64,000 nucleotides of DNA from Methanomassiliicoccus sp. (lineage in GTDB: Archaea; Thermoplasmatota; Thermoplasmata; Methanomassiliicoccales; Methanomassiliicoccaceae), in the NCBI GenBank assembly GCA_033485155.1, contig JAWQJJ010000010.1, positions 6,479-70,478 on the forward strand. Reading direction: 5' to 3'. The notes beneath the pieces are model-generated. The model had not been told where the DNA came from. It ran no database searches and was given only the letters and a program-made list of their open reading frames with translations. This document shows, in pieces, positions 25,453-34,819 of this stretch. Both the position numbers and the translations under genes were made by a program. The stretch's first letter is position 1; each line of letters begins with the position of its first letter.

Positions 25453-26391
25453 TCACTTTCTCACCAGGGACTCGTACACCGGCATAATGCGCTTCACGAT
25501 CTCGTCCGCAGAGTGGTCCTTCTTGACATACTCCCGGCCGGCGAGGCCCCGCACTCTCGTCACCTCAAGGTCGCTGATGCATTCCCACACTGCCTGCTTG
25601 AGCGCCTCGGCGCTGGCATCGATGGCGATCACCGGGCAGCCAGGATAGAAGGGCCGGTACTCCGCATCGAAGGTCGAGATCGCTGCCTTCCCCATGCTCA
25701 TCGCCTCCAGTGTGGCCAGGCCAATGATGCTAGGAAGCCTCGGGGACGGAGGGAGGACCTGGTCGATGAGGACATGGGACCTCGATAGCTCATCCATCGC
25801 CATAGAGTGATCGACCCGTTCCAGGACCACCGGCTCGAAATCTAAACCCTCTTCCCGGAGCTCGTCAAGGGCGCGGACGATAAGGTCAGTGCCCTTAGTG
25901 CGGCGGTTCACCACCATGTGCACGACCCTTGGCCTGGAGGAAGTATCGAAGGAGTATGGGAGTTCCTCTACTGGATTGGGGACGTACTCCCCGTCGGGCA
26001 CCCACCTCGAGAGGTCCGGACGGGACAGGAACTTATGGTCTGCCAGGAACTGGTACCTCATACCATAGCCGTCCCTGGCCTCGCTGCCGTGGTAGTGGAC
26101 GACCATCGGCCTCCTCCGGAACAGCTTGATGGCCAGGGCATCCCATCGCTTCCAATGTATGCCTCCATGGAGGTGGACGACATCGAAGTCTTGGGCGAAG
26201 CGGACCATCCGAATGCCGTTGGACAGGTCCTTGCCGAAACTCTGATGGGCGTAGTAGAAGTCGCGGTCATGCGGGAGGTTCAAGGGGTTCGCGTAGGTCT
26301 CGATGACCACGGCGTCGTGGCCCAGCCTCCGCTGGGCCTGCGCCAGCTGCCATGCCACACCCGCTTGGTTCTCCACATGCAGTATCCGCAT
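25453..26391 (-). CDS. glycosyltransferase-like protein (GT-B fold)
   Basis: MRILHVENQAGVAWQLAQAQRRLGHDAVVI N-terminus and a C-terminal ...GLATLEAMSMGKAAISTFD pattern. Confidence 0.6.
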   Translation of the reverse strand: MRILHVENQAGVAWQLAQAQRRLGHDAVVIETYANPLNLPHDRDFYYAHQSFGKDLSNGIRMVRFAQDFDVVHLHGGIHWKRWDALAIKLFRRRPMVVHYHGSEARDGYGMRYQFLADHKFLSRPDLSRWVPDGEYVPNPVEELPYSFDTSSRPRVVHMVVNRRTKGTDLIVRALDELREEGLDFEPVVLERVDHSMAMDELSRSHVLIDQVLPPSPRLPSIIGLATLEAMSMGKAAISTFDAEYRPFYPGCPVIAIDASAEALKQAVWECISDLEVTRVRGLAGREYVKKDHSADEIVKRIMPVYESLVRK

Positions 26392-26484
26392 CCTGACATT
26401 GATGGACGGTTATGCGCTAATATAATAAACGGTCTAGAGCACGCATCCAGTAAAACGATTAACTCTGAGGTCATTGGGGGGAGC

Positions 26485-27669
26485 ATGCCTTTCGCCGATG
26501 ACCGAGTGTCCGTGGTGAGGTGCAGTGACTATGATCAGGACAAGGCGACCGCGGCGGTCGCCCGTGCGATCGAACTGCTCGGCGGTCTCGACCGTTTCGT
26601 CTCTCCGGGGCAGCATGTCGTCTTGAAGCCGAACCTGCTGCAGGCCGCGCCACCCGAAAGATGCGTGACCCCCCATCCTGCGGTCGTCCATGCTGTGGCC
26701 AAGCTCCTGGTGGAGCACGGTTGCGAGGTTGTCATCGCCGAGAGCGCCGGAGGAGGCACGATGCATAGCGAGGGCGGGCTGCGCAAGCTGTATGAGGTGA
26801 CCGGGATGGATAGGGCGGCCGAGTCGGCCGGCGTCAAGCTCAGCTTCGACACCTCGTCGCGGGATGCTCCCAACCCCAATGGCAAGCTGGTCAAGCGGTT
26901 CGAGGTCATCACTCCGGTGCTCGAGGCCGACGCCGTGGTGTCGGTGAGCAAGGCCAAGACCCATGTGCTGACATCCATGACGGGAGCGACGAAGAACATT
27001 TTCGGGACGCTGCCGGGCATGGAAAAGCCCAGTTTCCACGGCCGCCTGACCGAGGTGGACGATTTCGCCGAGATGCTTCTCGATCTCAATGCTCTCGTGC
27101 GGCCGAGGCTCCAGGTCATGGATGCAGTCGTGGGAATGGAGGGGGAGGGGCCGTCCGGCGGGGACCCTAGGCCTATCGGGGTCATCCTAGCCAGCGGGAG
27201 CTATGCGGCCCTCGATGTCGTCGCGGCAAGGCTCATGGCCTTCCGTCCGGAGGAGGTCCCGACCCTTCGGAAGGCCATGGAACGCGGGCTCCTTCCCGCC
27301 GACTATGGCGTCAACACGGTGGGGGATGATCCATCCTCCATCGCCGTTCCTGACTACCGCCATCCCCGCACCGCCACCGCCGGGGTATCCCGGCACCTCA
27401 GCGGTCCGCTGTTGCGCCTCATGCGTGTCTACGCTCTCCGCCCCGTGGTCATGGTCGACAGGTGTATCGGCTGTGGGCTGTGTGCGAAGAGTTGCCCTCG
27501 AAGCACCATCCGCATGGTGAAAGGAAAGGCCAGGATCAAGCACCACGACTGCATCCGATGCTATTGTTGCCATGAGATGTGTCCTCAGAAGGCCATCGGG
27601 TTGCAGAGGAGCCTGGGCGGTCGGATCATGGTGCGCCTGACCGAGAGGCGTCCCAAGGCCATGGAGTGA
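26485..27669 (+). CDS. DUF362-domain protein with C-terminal 2x[4Fe-4S] ferredoxin domain
   Basis: VSVVRCSDYDQDKATAAVARAIELLGGLDRFVSPGQHVVLKPNLL is a typical DUF362 start. The C-terminus has CIGCGLCAKSCP and CIRCYCCHEMCP. An internal ATG was chosen because the long ORF from 25918 is antisense to the preceding gene. Confidence 0.7.
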   Translation: MPFADDRVSVVRCSDYDQDKATAAVARAIELLGGLDRFVSPGQHVVLKPNLLQAAPPERCVTPHPAVVHAVAKLLVEHGCEVVIAESAGGGTMHSEGGLRKLYEVTGMDRAAESAGVKLSFDTSSRDAPNPNGKLVKRFEVITPVLEADAVVSVSKAKTHVLTSMTGATKNIFGTLPGMEKPSFHGRLTEVDDFAEMLLDLNALVRPRLQVMDAVVGMEGEGPSGGDPRPIGVILASGSYAALDVVAARLMAFRPEEVPTLRKAMERGLLPADYGVNTVGDDPSSIAVPDYRHPRTATAGVSRHLSGPLLRLMRVYALRPVVMVDRCIGCGLCAKSCPRSTIRMVKGKARIKHHDCIRCYCCHEMCPQKAIGLQRSLGGRIMVRLTERRPKAME

Positions 27670-27766
27670 TTGTCGCCTTTCTTACATTCCACAACATCAG
27701 ATGATCGTGGGAGGTCAGGAGGATTAATAGGCGGTGAGGGCGATTTCTAGCCTCGCAGGTAAGCAG

Positions 27767-28162
27767 ATGAAGTTCGAGGAGTTCAAGAAGGACACGGAGA
27801 TCAGGGCCTCGGTACGTAAGAAGGAGTATACGATCGCGAAGGTAGCCTCGGTCCCCGAGCTCGACGACCGGGTGTTCGCAGTCATCACCGACGGGGCGGA
27901 GGTCACCGTGGTCGCGGAACTAGACAGCGGCCTTGAGGTACTAGAGGAGGAAAAGCCGTTCCGCATAATCTCCTTCGATACCAAGCTGCCGTTCGACCTC
28001 ATCGGGTTCCTGGCCTACATAACCAAACTGCTCGCCGACGAGAACATCAGCCTGTTCGCCATATCTTCCTTCTCTACTGATCACATCCTGATGAAGGAGG
28101 CCTACCTAGCTAAGGCCATGGACGTCCTCAAGGATGCAGGCGTGAAGATCGACTGGAAGTAA
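27767..28162 (+). CDS. ACT-domain-containing small protein
   Basis: FRIISFDTKLPFDLIGFLAYITKLLADENISLFAISSFSTDHILMKE has an ACT-like beta-alpha-beta-beta-alpha-beta pattern. Confidence 0.55.
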   Translation: MKFEEFKKDTEIRASVRKKEYTIAKVASVPELDDRVFAVITDGAEVTVVAELDSGLEVLEEEKPFRIISFDTKLPFDLIGFLAYITKLLADENISLFAISSFSTDHILMKEAYLAKAMDVLKDAGVKIDWK

Positions 28163-28193
28163 GCATATTCATCCGCCGGACCACGCCGCGGGC

Positions 28194-29405
28194 TTACCTC
28201 GCCGGAGCGGTCTCCAGCGGCCCGGAGGAAGCTAGGTGGACGGACCGAGTCCCTTCCCGGATGATGCCTTTCAGCAGTTTCTCGTAACTGTCCCCGATGG
28301 ACTGGAAGGTGTAACGGGCCTCCACCTCCGACCTTCCTTTTTCTCCCAGCTTCCTCCTCAGGAGCGGGTCCTCCAGCAAAACCTGCAACCGGTCGGTCAT
28401 GTCCCCCACACGGTCGGGTGCCACCAGGTAGCCGGTCTCTCCCGGAAGCACGACGTCCCGGGGGCCGGGGATGTCGGTGGCCAGGACTGGCTTGCCGCAG
28501 GCCATGGCCTCTATGAGCACGATGCCGAATGTCTCTACCAGCGACGGCAGTACCAGGACGGAGCAGGAGCCAACGATCGACGCCAACCGCTCCCGGTTGG
28601 CCCAGGGGGCGAGGTCCACCTGGTTCTCGATCCCCAGGCGCCGCACGAGGTCACGCAGGGGTATCTCATCCTCTCCCGCCCCTAGGAGCTTCAAGGGGTG
28701 CTCCCTCCGGGTGCTTGCCGGAAGCGCGGCATAGGCCTTGACGAGCTGGCCGACATTCTTGTTCCACTCCATGCGGCCCGCGTAGAGTACGTACCCATGA
28801 TCGCCACGGTCGGTCAAAGAGGACTCGTCCACTCCGCAGGGGATGACCTGCACCGGCCTTTCCAGAACCTGACTGACGTACTTTTCCATGGTTCCGTTCA
28901 GCACCACCAGGCGGTCGGCACTCTGCGCCACCTTCCGCTCCACCAGGGACTTGAACATCTCGTGCGGGTAACGAGAAAAGTCCCGGCGTAGCACCACCCG
29001 CCGGGCCGATGCCATCACATCAGCCACGTGGAAGGTGTATGAGCGGGGGACGTCCAGGTCGGATAGGTGGTAGGAACTGAGACCGTAGTGGAGGCACAGA
29101 ACATCCGGCCGAAGGTCCTTGACCGATTCGGCGGCCATCCGAGAGAACGACAGCGCCTCGCTTATAGCCGCTCCATCTTGGACACCAAGGCAGCTTCGCT
29201 TCACCTCTCCGTTGGCCAGGGAGATGATGTCCACTCCGTCCGCGGTGACCAGGCCGTTCTCCTGCCCTGCCTTCAGCAACGTTACTTCGTGTCCTCGGTG
29301 GGCAAGCTCGCGAGCTATGCCCCATACCTGCAGCTCGCGGCCCGAGCACGGGTCGGGAAAGACGTCCCAATAGCTTGTGCCGTAGCCCAACAGCGTCACA
29401 TGCAT
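28194..29405 (-). CDS. glycosyltransferase family 4 (GT-B)
   Basis: VLVLPSLVETFGIVLIEAMACGKPVLATDIPGPRDVVLPGETGYLV is the E-x7-E region. ATG 29405 preferred over GTG 29435. Confidence 0.8.
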   Translation of the reverse strand: MHVTLLGYGTSYWDVFPDPCSGRELQVWGIARELAHRGHEVTLLKAGQENGLVTADGVDIISLANGEVKRSCLGVQDGAAISEALSFSRMAAESVKDLRPDVLCLHYGLSSYHLSDLDVPRSYTFHVADVMASARRVVLRRDFSRYPHEMFKSLVERKVAQSADRLVVLNGTMEKYVSQVLERPVQVIPCGVDESSLTDRGDHGYVLYAGRMEWNKNVGQLVKAYAALPASTRREHPLKLLGAGEDEIPLRDLVRRLGIENQVDLAPWANRERLASIVGSCSVLVLPSLVETFGIVLIEAMACGKPVLATDIPGPRDVVLPGETGYLVAPDRVGDMTDRLQVLLEDPLLRRKLGEKGRSEVEARYTFQSIGDSYEKLLKGIIREGTRSVHLASSGPLETAPAR

Positions 29406-29591
29406 GTTCTTACCAGAGAGTTGGACGTTCGCCACATAAAACAGTTATCAGTTCCGACAGCGGCGGTCGCCACGAAGACCGGAGGGAAGCTTCGTTTCCG
29501 GGGCTACCCGTCAGCGGAGCATCGTACCTCGTTCGGGCATTTCTCGATAGGTTTTTTATCACTCTTTCACAATGGCCTGGAGAGTGATGTC

Positions 29592-31025
29592 ATGGACCAG
29601 ACCGTGGTAGAGCAAATTGGGACGATCGTCGGCGAGAACAACTATTCCACTAGGATTGCGGACCGATACACCTACGGTTTCGACGCGTCCATCCACCACG
29701 TGACGCCAGACATCGTTGTCCAGCCCCGGAGCACCGAGCAGGTATCCCAGCTGGTAAAGCTCGCTAACAAGCTCAAGATACCCATCGTACCACGGGGGGC
29801 CGGGACCGGCCTGTGCGGGGGTGCGGTACCGCTGAAGGGCGGGATGGTCATCGACCTCACCCGCATGAACAAGATCAAGGAAGTCAGGGTCGAGGACCTG
29901 TACTGCGTGTGCGAGGCCGGCGTGATCTACGACAGCCTCCAGAAGGCCCTGGGCCCGTACAAGTTCACCTTCCCCCCGACCCCTGGTAGCGCCGAGGCCT
30001 GCACTGTTGGAGGCATGGTAGCGACCAACGCCTCGGGCATGCGGGCGGTCAAGTACGGGGGGACCCGGGACTATGTTCTAGGTTTGGAGGTTGTCCTTCC
30101 CACCGGGGAGATAATACAGGTCGGTACCCGGACGCTTAAGAACGCTTCCGGCTATCAGCTAGAGAGGTTCTTCGTAGGGAGCGAGGGTACCCTGGGCATC
30201 ATCACTCAGGTCACCCTGCGCATCGTCCCCAAGCCCAAGAAGATGGCCATGATCCTGGCCGGCTTCGACAACCTGGAAAAGGCCGGCAAGTGCGTTTCCG
30301 CCCTCATCGCCAAGCCCCTACTGCCCTCCGCGGTCGAGCTGATGGACTCCACCTGCATCCGCGCGGTGAATAAGGCCATCAACGCCGGCCTGCCGGACGT
30401 GGCCGCGCTGTGTATGATCGAGGTCGACGGTGACCCCAAAGTGGTGGCCGACGAGCTGGTGGAGGTCGTCAAGGTCGCCGAGTCCATCGGTGCGATCGGA
30501 CTGCAGCAGTCCGACGACCCGGCCCAGATGGCCAAGTGGACCAACTCTCGCAAGAGCGTGATGTCCGCCTTGTCCCGCTATGGCGCGGGCATGGTGTCAG
30601 TGTCCCTGGCTGATGACATGGCGGTGCCTATATCGAAGATCCCAATCGCGGTAGTGGAGTTCGCCAAAATCGCGGAGAAGTACGGCGTCATCATCGGCAC
30701 CTATGGCCACGCCGCTGATGGTAACCTGCATACCAAGATGCTGCTGAACCCGGAGTCCCCGGAGTCCTGGCGCCATGGCGAGATGGCGGTGCGGGACATC
30801 TTCGACACCTGCGTCCGCCTGGGCGGTACGGTCACCGGCGAGCACGGGGTCGGCATCTCCAAGGCACCCTACTTCCAGAAGGAGCGGGTCACCGCCCTGG
30901 GAGCCATGGCCGCGATCAAGAAGGCGCTCGACCCGAACAACATCATGAACCCCGGCAAGATGCAGGAGTGGGAGGGGTGCATCATCCAGCACCTCCGCTA
31001 CCCCTGCCCTGATCAGAAGGATTGA
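29592..31025 (+). CDS. FAD-linked oxidase (GlcD / D-lactate dehydrogenase family)
   Basis: FAD-binding PCMH-type region (VVQPRSTEQVSQLVKLANKLKIPIVPRGAGTGLCGGAVP) and C-terminal GGTVTGEHGVGISK. Internal ATG chosen. Confidence 0.8.
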   Translation: MDQTVVEQIGTIVGENNYSTRIADRYTYGFDASIHHVTPDIVVQPRSTEQVSQLVKLANKLKIPIVPRGAGTGLCGGAVPLKGGMVIDLTRMNKIKEVRVEDLYCVCEAGVIYDSLQKALGPYKFTFPPTPGSAEACTVGGMVATNASGMRAVKYGGTRDYVLGLEVVLPTGEIIQVGTRTLKNASGYQLERFFVGSEGTLGIITQVTLRIVPKPKKMAMILAGFDNLEKAGKCVSALIAKPLLPSAVELMDSTCIRAVNKAINAGLPDVAALCMIEVDGDPKVVADELVEVVKVAESIGAIGLQQSDDPAQMAKWTNSRKSVMSALSRYGAGMVSVSLADDMAVPISKIPIAVVEFAKIAEKYGVIIGTYGHAADGNLHTKMLLNPESPESWRHGEMAVRDIFDTCVRLGGTVTGEHGVGISKAPYFQKERVTALGAMAAIKKALDPNNIMNPGKMQEWEGCIIQHLRYPCPDQKD

Positions 31026-31673
31026 TCAGGCCAGGATGCCGAGCAGAAGCAGCATGGCCAGGACTACGGTCGTCCCGAAGGTGACCGCGTAGACCGGCAC
31101 GCTCCAATGCAGCACCTTGGAGCCGTCGAGTGGAGGGATAGGCAGCAGGTTGAATACCGCCAGCAGGATGTTCACCGAGCCGATCCAGTACACGGCGATG
31201 GCCAGTAGGCCGTTCTGCAGCCACAGTCCGAGGCCGAGGAACAGCAGCCCGAGGCCGAGATTGGTCAACGGGCCAGCTATGCTGATCAGGCCGTTCTGCT
31301 TCCTGCTGATCGCCCCCTGGATGTACACCGCACCAGGCGCGGCGAGGAGGAAACCGAATACCGCGGTCACCACTGCAAGCAGCAGCCCCATGGGATAAGC
31401 CCGGAACTCCGCCCAAGCCCCGTTGCGCTGCGCCACCACTTTGTGGGCCAGTTCGTGGAGCATGAACCCGGTCAGCACGGCCACGAAGGAGCTGCCCAGG
31501 GCGTAGAGGATGAACTCCACATTAGATAGACCAGTAATGGACGAACGGAGGAACGACAGGGTGAAGGCCAGGGTCAGGGCCCCGACCGCCAGCATTATGT
31601 GGCGGATTTCCACCCGGCCGAACCTGATCTTTCCATATCCTGACGGTATATGGATGGTGTTCTGATCGTACAT
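31026..31673 (-). CDS. site-2 protease family (M50) membrane metalloprotease
   Basis: HExxH in a membrane helix (FMLHELAHKVVA), multiple TM segments, and a distal PIPPLDGSK motif. Confidence 0.8.
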   Translation of the reverse strand: MYDQNTIHIPSGYGKIRFGRVEIRHIMLAVGALTLAFTLSFLRSSITGLSNVEFILYALGSSFVAVLTGFMLHELAHKVVAQRNGAWAEFRAYPMGLLLAVVTAVFGFLLAAPGAVYIQGAISRKQNGLISIAGPLTNLGLGLLFLGLGLWLQNGLLAIAVYWIGSVNILLAVFNLLPIPPLDGSKVLHWSVPVYAVTFGTTVVLAMLLLLGILA

Positions 31674-31753
31674 TTATTCTTACTCACCCCCTAGCGCCTC
31701 TTAAAGCTTCGGTTCTCAATGCCGGTAAACGAACCATGCCGGCGCACCCACCG

Positions 31754-31903
31754 CTAGAAGGCGAATGCCAGGATGGCCAGGATCATGAAAGTCAGGAACA
31801 GCCGCTTGGCCACCGACCGCGGGAAGCCCGACATCCCGGTGGCGCCGAGCAGGGCGGAGACAATGGCCAGTATGATGAATGGGATCGCCAGTTCCAGGAT
31901 CAT
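31754..31903 (-). CDS. small membrane protein, DUF1328/UPF0391-like (49 aa; below ORF-track cutoff)
   Basis: MILELAIPFIILAIVSALLGATGMSGFPRSVAKRLFLTFMILAILAFAF has two TM helices with a central basic loop. A GGAGGTG Shine-Dalgarno-like box sits 6 nt upstream of the ATG. Confidence 0.55.
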   Translation of the reverse strand: MILELAIPFIILAIVSALLGATGMSGFPRSVAKRLFLTFMILAILAFAF

Positions 31904-32147
31904 CGCGGCACCTCCAACCTTTGTTCTTTCGATCGATCTATTTATCCCTTAGGCGCCGCCCCTAGCTTCGGGCGGGCCTTCTGGTGCGACCTCGGCGAGG
32001 TCAGGTCCGGCGCGCGATCGTGGAAACTCTCTTCGCCCCACATCCAAGCGACGCGGCATGCCGGACGGGGCGGAGTAGTAATAGCTGCCTTCGCAAAGGA
32101 CGGGGGCGAAGGGCAAATACTTGAAATATAAGGCGCATTTAAGTCGG

Positions 32148-34031
32148 ATGCCCCATTTCGAGCATGGTAAGGTCGGCCTCCGGTGGTGCGACAGCTGCGG
32201 AACGTTGATCCTCGGTCAGCGCTGCGACGTCTGCTCCTCGGCCGGAAGGTACTTCGAGGTATCCAAGCCTGGGGACATCAGGCCATGCATGGGGGAGAGC
32301 ACGAACGTGCTCATCAGCCTCTTCGACAGGCACTTCGGGGCCTCGGACTTCCTGCGCAACCGCACTGTCTTCCTGAACAAGGTGGCGGGGGAGGACCGGA
32401 CCGACGAGATCGTGTTCCAGGGTATGATCATCGGCGTTCTGCGATACGATCTGCGGTCCTGCGGCTTCCAGCTCGACCTTCGCCTGGAGGGTGCGCTCCT
32501 GTTGCACCCGCTGGCCAAGAAGGGTGTGGTCATTGTCGGCCACGACTCCGGCCATCTCAAGGGCAAGACCCTCCCCGGCAGCGCCATCAAAGAGGTGCGG
32601 GGGGAGTTCGAGGCGGGAGACCCGTTGATCGTGGTCGCCGGGAATCTGGTGTGCAGCGCGGTGGCTAAGGTATCGAGCAAGGAGATCTCCACCGCGCCGA
32701 AGGCCATAGGAGTCCGGGACGTGGGAAAAGGAACGATCGAGGTCGGCAAGCGGCGCTCCTCGTGGACCGGTTTCGTCAACGTGAACGAGAAGCACTTTCG
32801 AGCCCTGGAGTCCCGGGCGGTCTCCGACATCAAGTCCTTCGTCGGCAATAATAAGCTGCCGGTGACCCTATCGTTCAGCGGGGGAAAGGATTCCCTGGCC
32901 TGCTACGGCCTAGCCTTGAGGGCGGTGCCCCAGTTTTCCCTTATCTTTGTCAACACCGGCCTGGAGTTCCCGGAGACGGTCAAGTACGTCCAGGACTTCG
33001 CCCGCAAGAACCGCGAGCGCCTGCTGGTGGCCGATGCGGGAGATGCGTTCTGGGAGCAGGTCGGTTCGTTCGGCCCGCCGGCCAAAGACTTCCGGTGGTG
33101 CTGCAAGGTGTGCAAACTGGCCCCCTTGACCGATCTGATCGAGAGGAACTTTCCTCAGGGGACGGTGACCATCGAGGGCAACCGCGCCTACGAGTCCTTC
33201 GCCCGCTCCACCATCTCTTTCGTGGAGCGGAACCCCTTCGTTCCCAATCAGGTCATCCTCAACCCTGTCCGGGAGTGGAGAGCGGCGGAGGTGTGGGGAT
33301 ACATCTGGTGGAGAAACATCGATTACAATCCCCTCTATGAGATGGACTATGAGCGGATCGGTTGCTACCTGTGCCCCTCCTGCCTGGAGAGCGAGTGGCG
33401 GAACACGGCGCGCATACACCCGGATCTCCATGCCGACTGGGATGAGCACCTCAGGCAGTGGTCGAGGGATTGTGGGGGAGGGGAGGAATACGTCAAGTAT
33501 GGCTTCTGGCGCTGGAAGGTGTATCCGAGGAAGATGCGCCAGTTGGCGGACGAGGTGCATCTCAGGCTCCCCCAGGTCCGCTCCGACCGGCTGGACCTCA
33601 AGTGGGTCAAGGGCGTGTCCCCTTGCCTCACCGGAGGGTACTCGGCTGAAGGGGTGCTGTCAGTCCCCCGCAAGAGGGACTTTTCCCGGGTCGTCGAGTC
33701 GCTCAAGACCATCGGCCAGGTCAAGTACTCCCATGAGTACGAGATCGCCCTAGTCAAGACGAAGGACTGCACCCTTAAGGTCTTCGGTGGAGGCCAGATG
33801 GTCGCCACCGGGCCAACGCCGGAGAAGGCCCACGCCATCTTCGAGGCCGGAGGGAAGGCGTTACTGAGAGCCCAGCTGTGTACCGAGTGCGGCATCTGTG
33901 TGCGTAATTGTAAGGACCGCGCCATAACCATTGACCATGGGTTCACGGTGGACGAGGAGAGGTGCAAGCGATGCGGGAGGTGCACCGCGGCCTGCGTAGT
34001 AGCCCACTACTACGACAAGCTCGTCACCTAG
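32148..34031 (+). CDS. Zn-ribbon/PUA-like N-terminus + PP-loop (PAPS reductase-like) domain + C-terminal 2x[4Fe-4S] ferredoxin fusion protein
   Basis: CDSCGTLILGQRCDVC, PP-loop LSFSGGKDSLACYG, CCKVCK, and C-terminal CTECGICVRNC and CKRCGRCTAAC. Confidence 0.75.
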   Translation: MPHFEHGKVGLRWCDSCGTLILGQRCDVCSSAGRYFEVSKPGDIRPCMGESTNVLISLFDRHFGASDFLRNRTVFLNKVAGEDRTDEIVFQGMIIGVLRYDLRSCGFQLDLRLEGALLLHPLAKKGVVIVGHDSGHLKGKTLPGSAIKEVRGEFEAGDPLIVVAGNLVCSAVAKVSSKEISTAPKAIGVRDVGKGTIEVGKRRSSWTGFVNVNEKHFRALESRAVSDIKSFVGNNKLPVTLSFSGGKDSLACYGLALRAVPQFSLIFVNTGLEFPETVKYVQDFARKNRERLLVADAGDAFWEQVGSFGPPAKDFRWCCKVCKLAPLTDLIERNFPQGTVTIEGNRAYESFARSTISFVERNPFVPNQVILNPVREWRAAEVWGYIWWRNIDYNPLYEMDYERIGCYLCPSCLESEWRNTARIHPDLHADWDEHLRQWSRDCGGGEEYVKYGFWRWKVYPRKMRQLADEVHLRLPQVRSDRLDLKWVKGVSPCLTGGYSAEGVLSVPRKRDFSRVVESLKTIGQVKYSHEYEIALVKTKDCTLKVFGGGQMVATGPTPEKAHAIFEAGGKALLRAQLCTECGICVRNCKDRAITIDHGFTVDEERCKRCGRCTAACVVAHYYDKLVT

Positions 34032-34069
34032 ACATCAATTTAAATAGTGACAATCGGTCCTCTTGACGG

Positions 34070-34792
34070 ATGGACTTCACCTCATACGTGGCGGCGGCCA
34101 TCGGCTTTGCGCCTCCCATCGCATTGATGCTGTGGACTTTGCAGAGATACACCTATCCCAAGGTCGAGCGGCCTTACTTCAGCGATCCCAGGCTTTTCGG
34201 CATGTTCACTGTGGGCATCGTCATTGGCGCGCTGCTGTACCTCGTCTCCATCTTCCTATCGGCCGAGTACGCCTTCGTCGGCTTCCTCCTTGAGGAGGCG
34301 GTCAAGCTCATGATCATGAACATGCCCAGATTCCAGAGGAGGGCGGACACTCCATTCTACGCCTTCGGGCTGAGCGCGGGCATGGCCACCGCCCTGGCCT
34401 ATGGGGTGATCAACCGTGCGCTAACCATGACCGGGTTCGACGCCCTGGCGATTACGATCATGGTCGCGTACTCGATCATGACGGCATTGCTGCAGATATC
34501 CACCGGGACGACCATCGGCATGGGGGTAGCGCGGGGTACTCCGTGGCCGTTCTTCGGCCAGGCCGTGGTTGTTAACTTAGCATATGTCCTCATGCTCGCC
34601 CCGTCTAGCACGGCGTTCGTAGGTAGCGGAGCAATGGCCTCCGTACTGTTCGTGGCTGCTTTCGTCTTCGTGGCGCTGTATTATTACTACGTGCATCAGA
34701 AGATGCTGCCCCTCTACGTCAGGGAAGCATTGGTCAAGCTCGGGGAGAACAAGCCTAAGAAAGCGAGAAAGGTTCCCAGGACGAAAGATTGA
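34070..34792 (+). CDS. polytopic membrane protein (weak PrsW-like EExxK motif)
   Basis: About 7 hydrophobic helices. FLLEEAVKLMIM resembles the PrsW-type EExxK motif, but I see no matching His motif. Confidence 0.5.
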   Translation: MDFTSYVAAAIGFAPPIALMLWTLQRYTYPKVERPYFSDPRLFGMFTVGIVIGALLYLVSIFLSAEYAFVGFLLEEAVKLMIMNMPRFQRRADTPFYAFGLSAGMATALAYGVINRALTMTGFDALAITIMVAYSIMTALLQISTGTTIGMGVARGTPWPFFGQAVVVNLAYVLMLAPSSTAFVGSGAMASVLFVAAFVFVALYYYYVHQKMLPLYVREALVKLGENKPKKARKVPRTKD

Positions 34793-34819
34793 AAGCTTGC
34801 TAGCCCGTGTTTATAAGGC

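Noticed and set aside
25918-26484. N-terminal extensions of long ORFs (25918-27669, 29067-31025, 3838-4548, 8756-9421, 46650-47393)
   Set aside because: The extensions run antisense through neighbouring genes or promoters and have biased composition. Family-typical N-termini begin at the internal ATGs used in the feature table.
27733-28162. Apparent 1-nt discrepancy when hand-translating the ACT-protein ORF (I count 430 nt for a 143-codon ORF; an extra c at the 28140/28141 line break)
   Set aside because: This is most likely my own counting or reading error in the printed sequence, since the supplied translation is continuous. I kept the track-consistent coordinates rather than claiming a frameshift.
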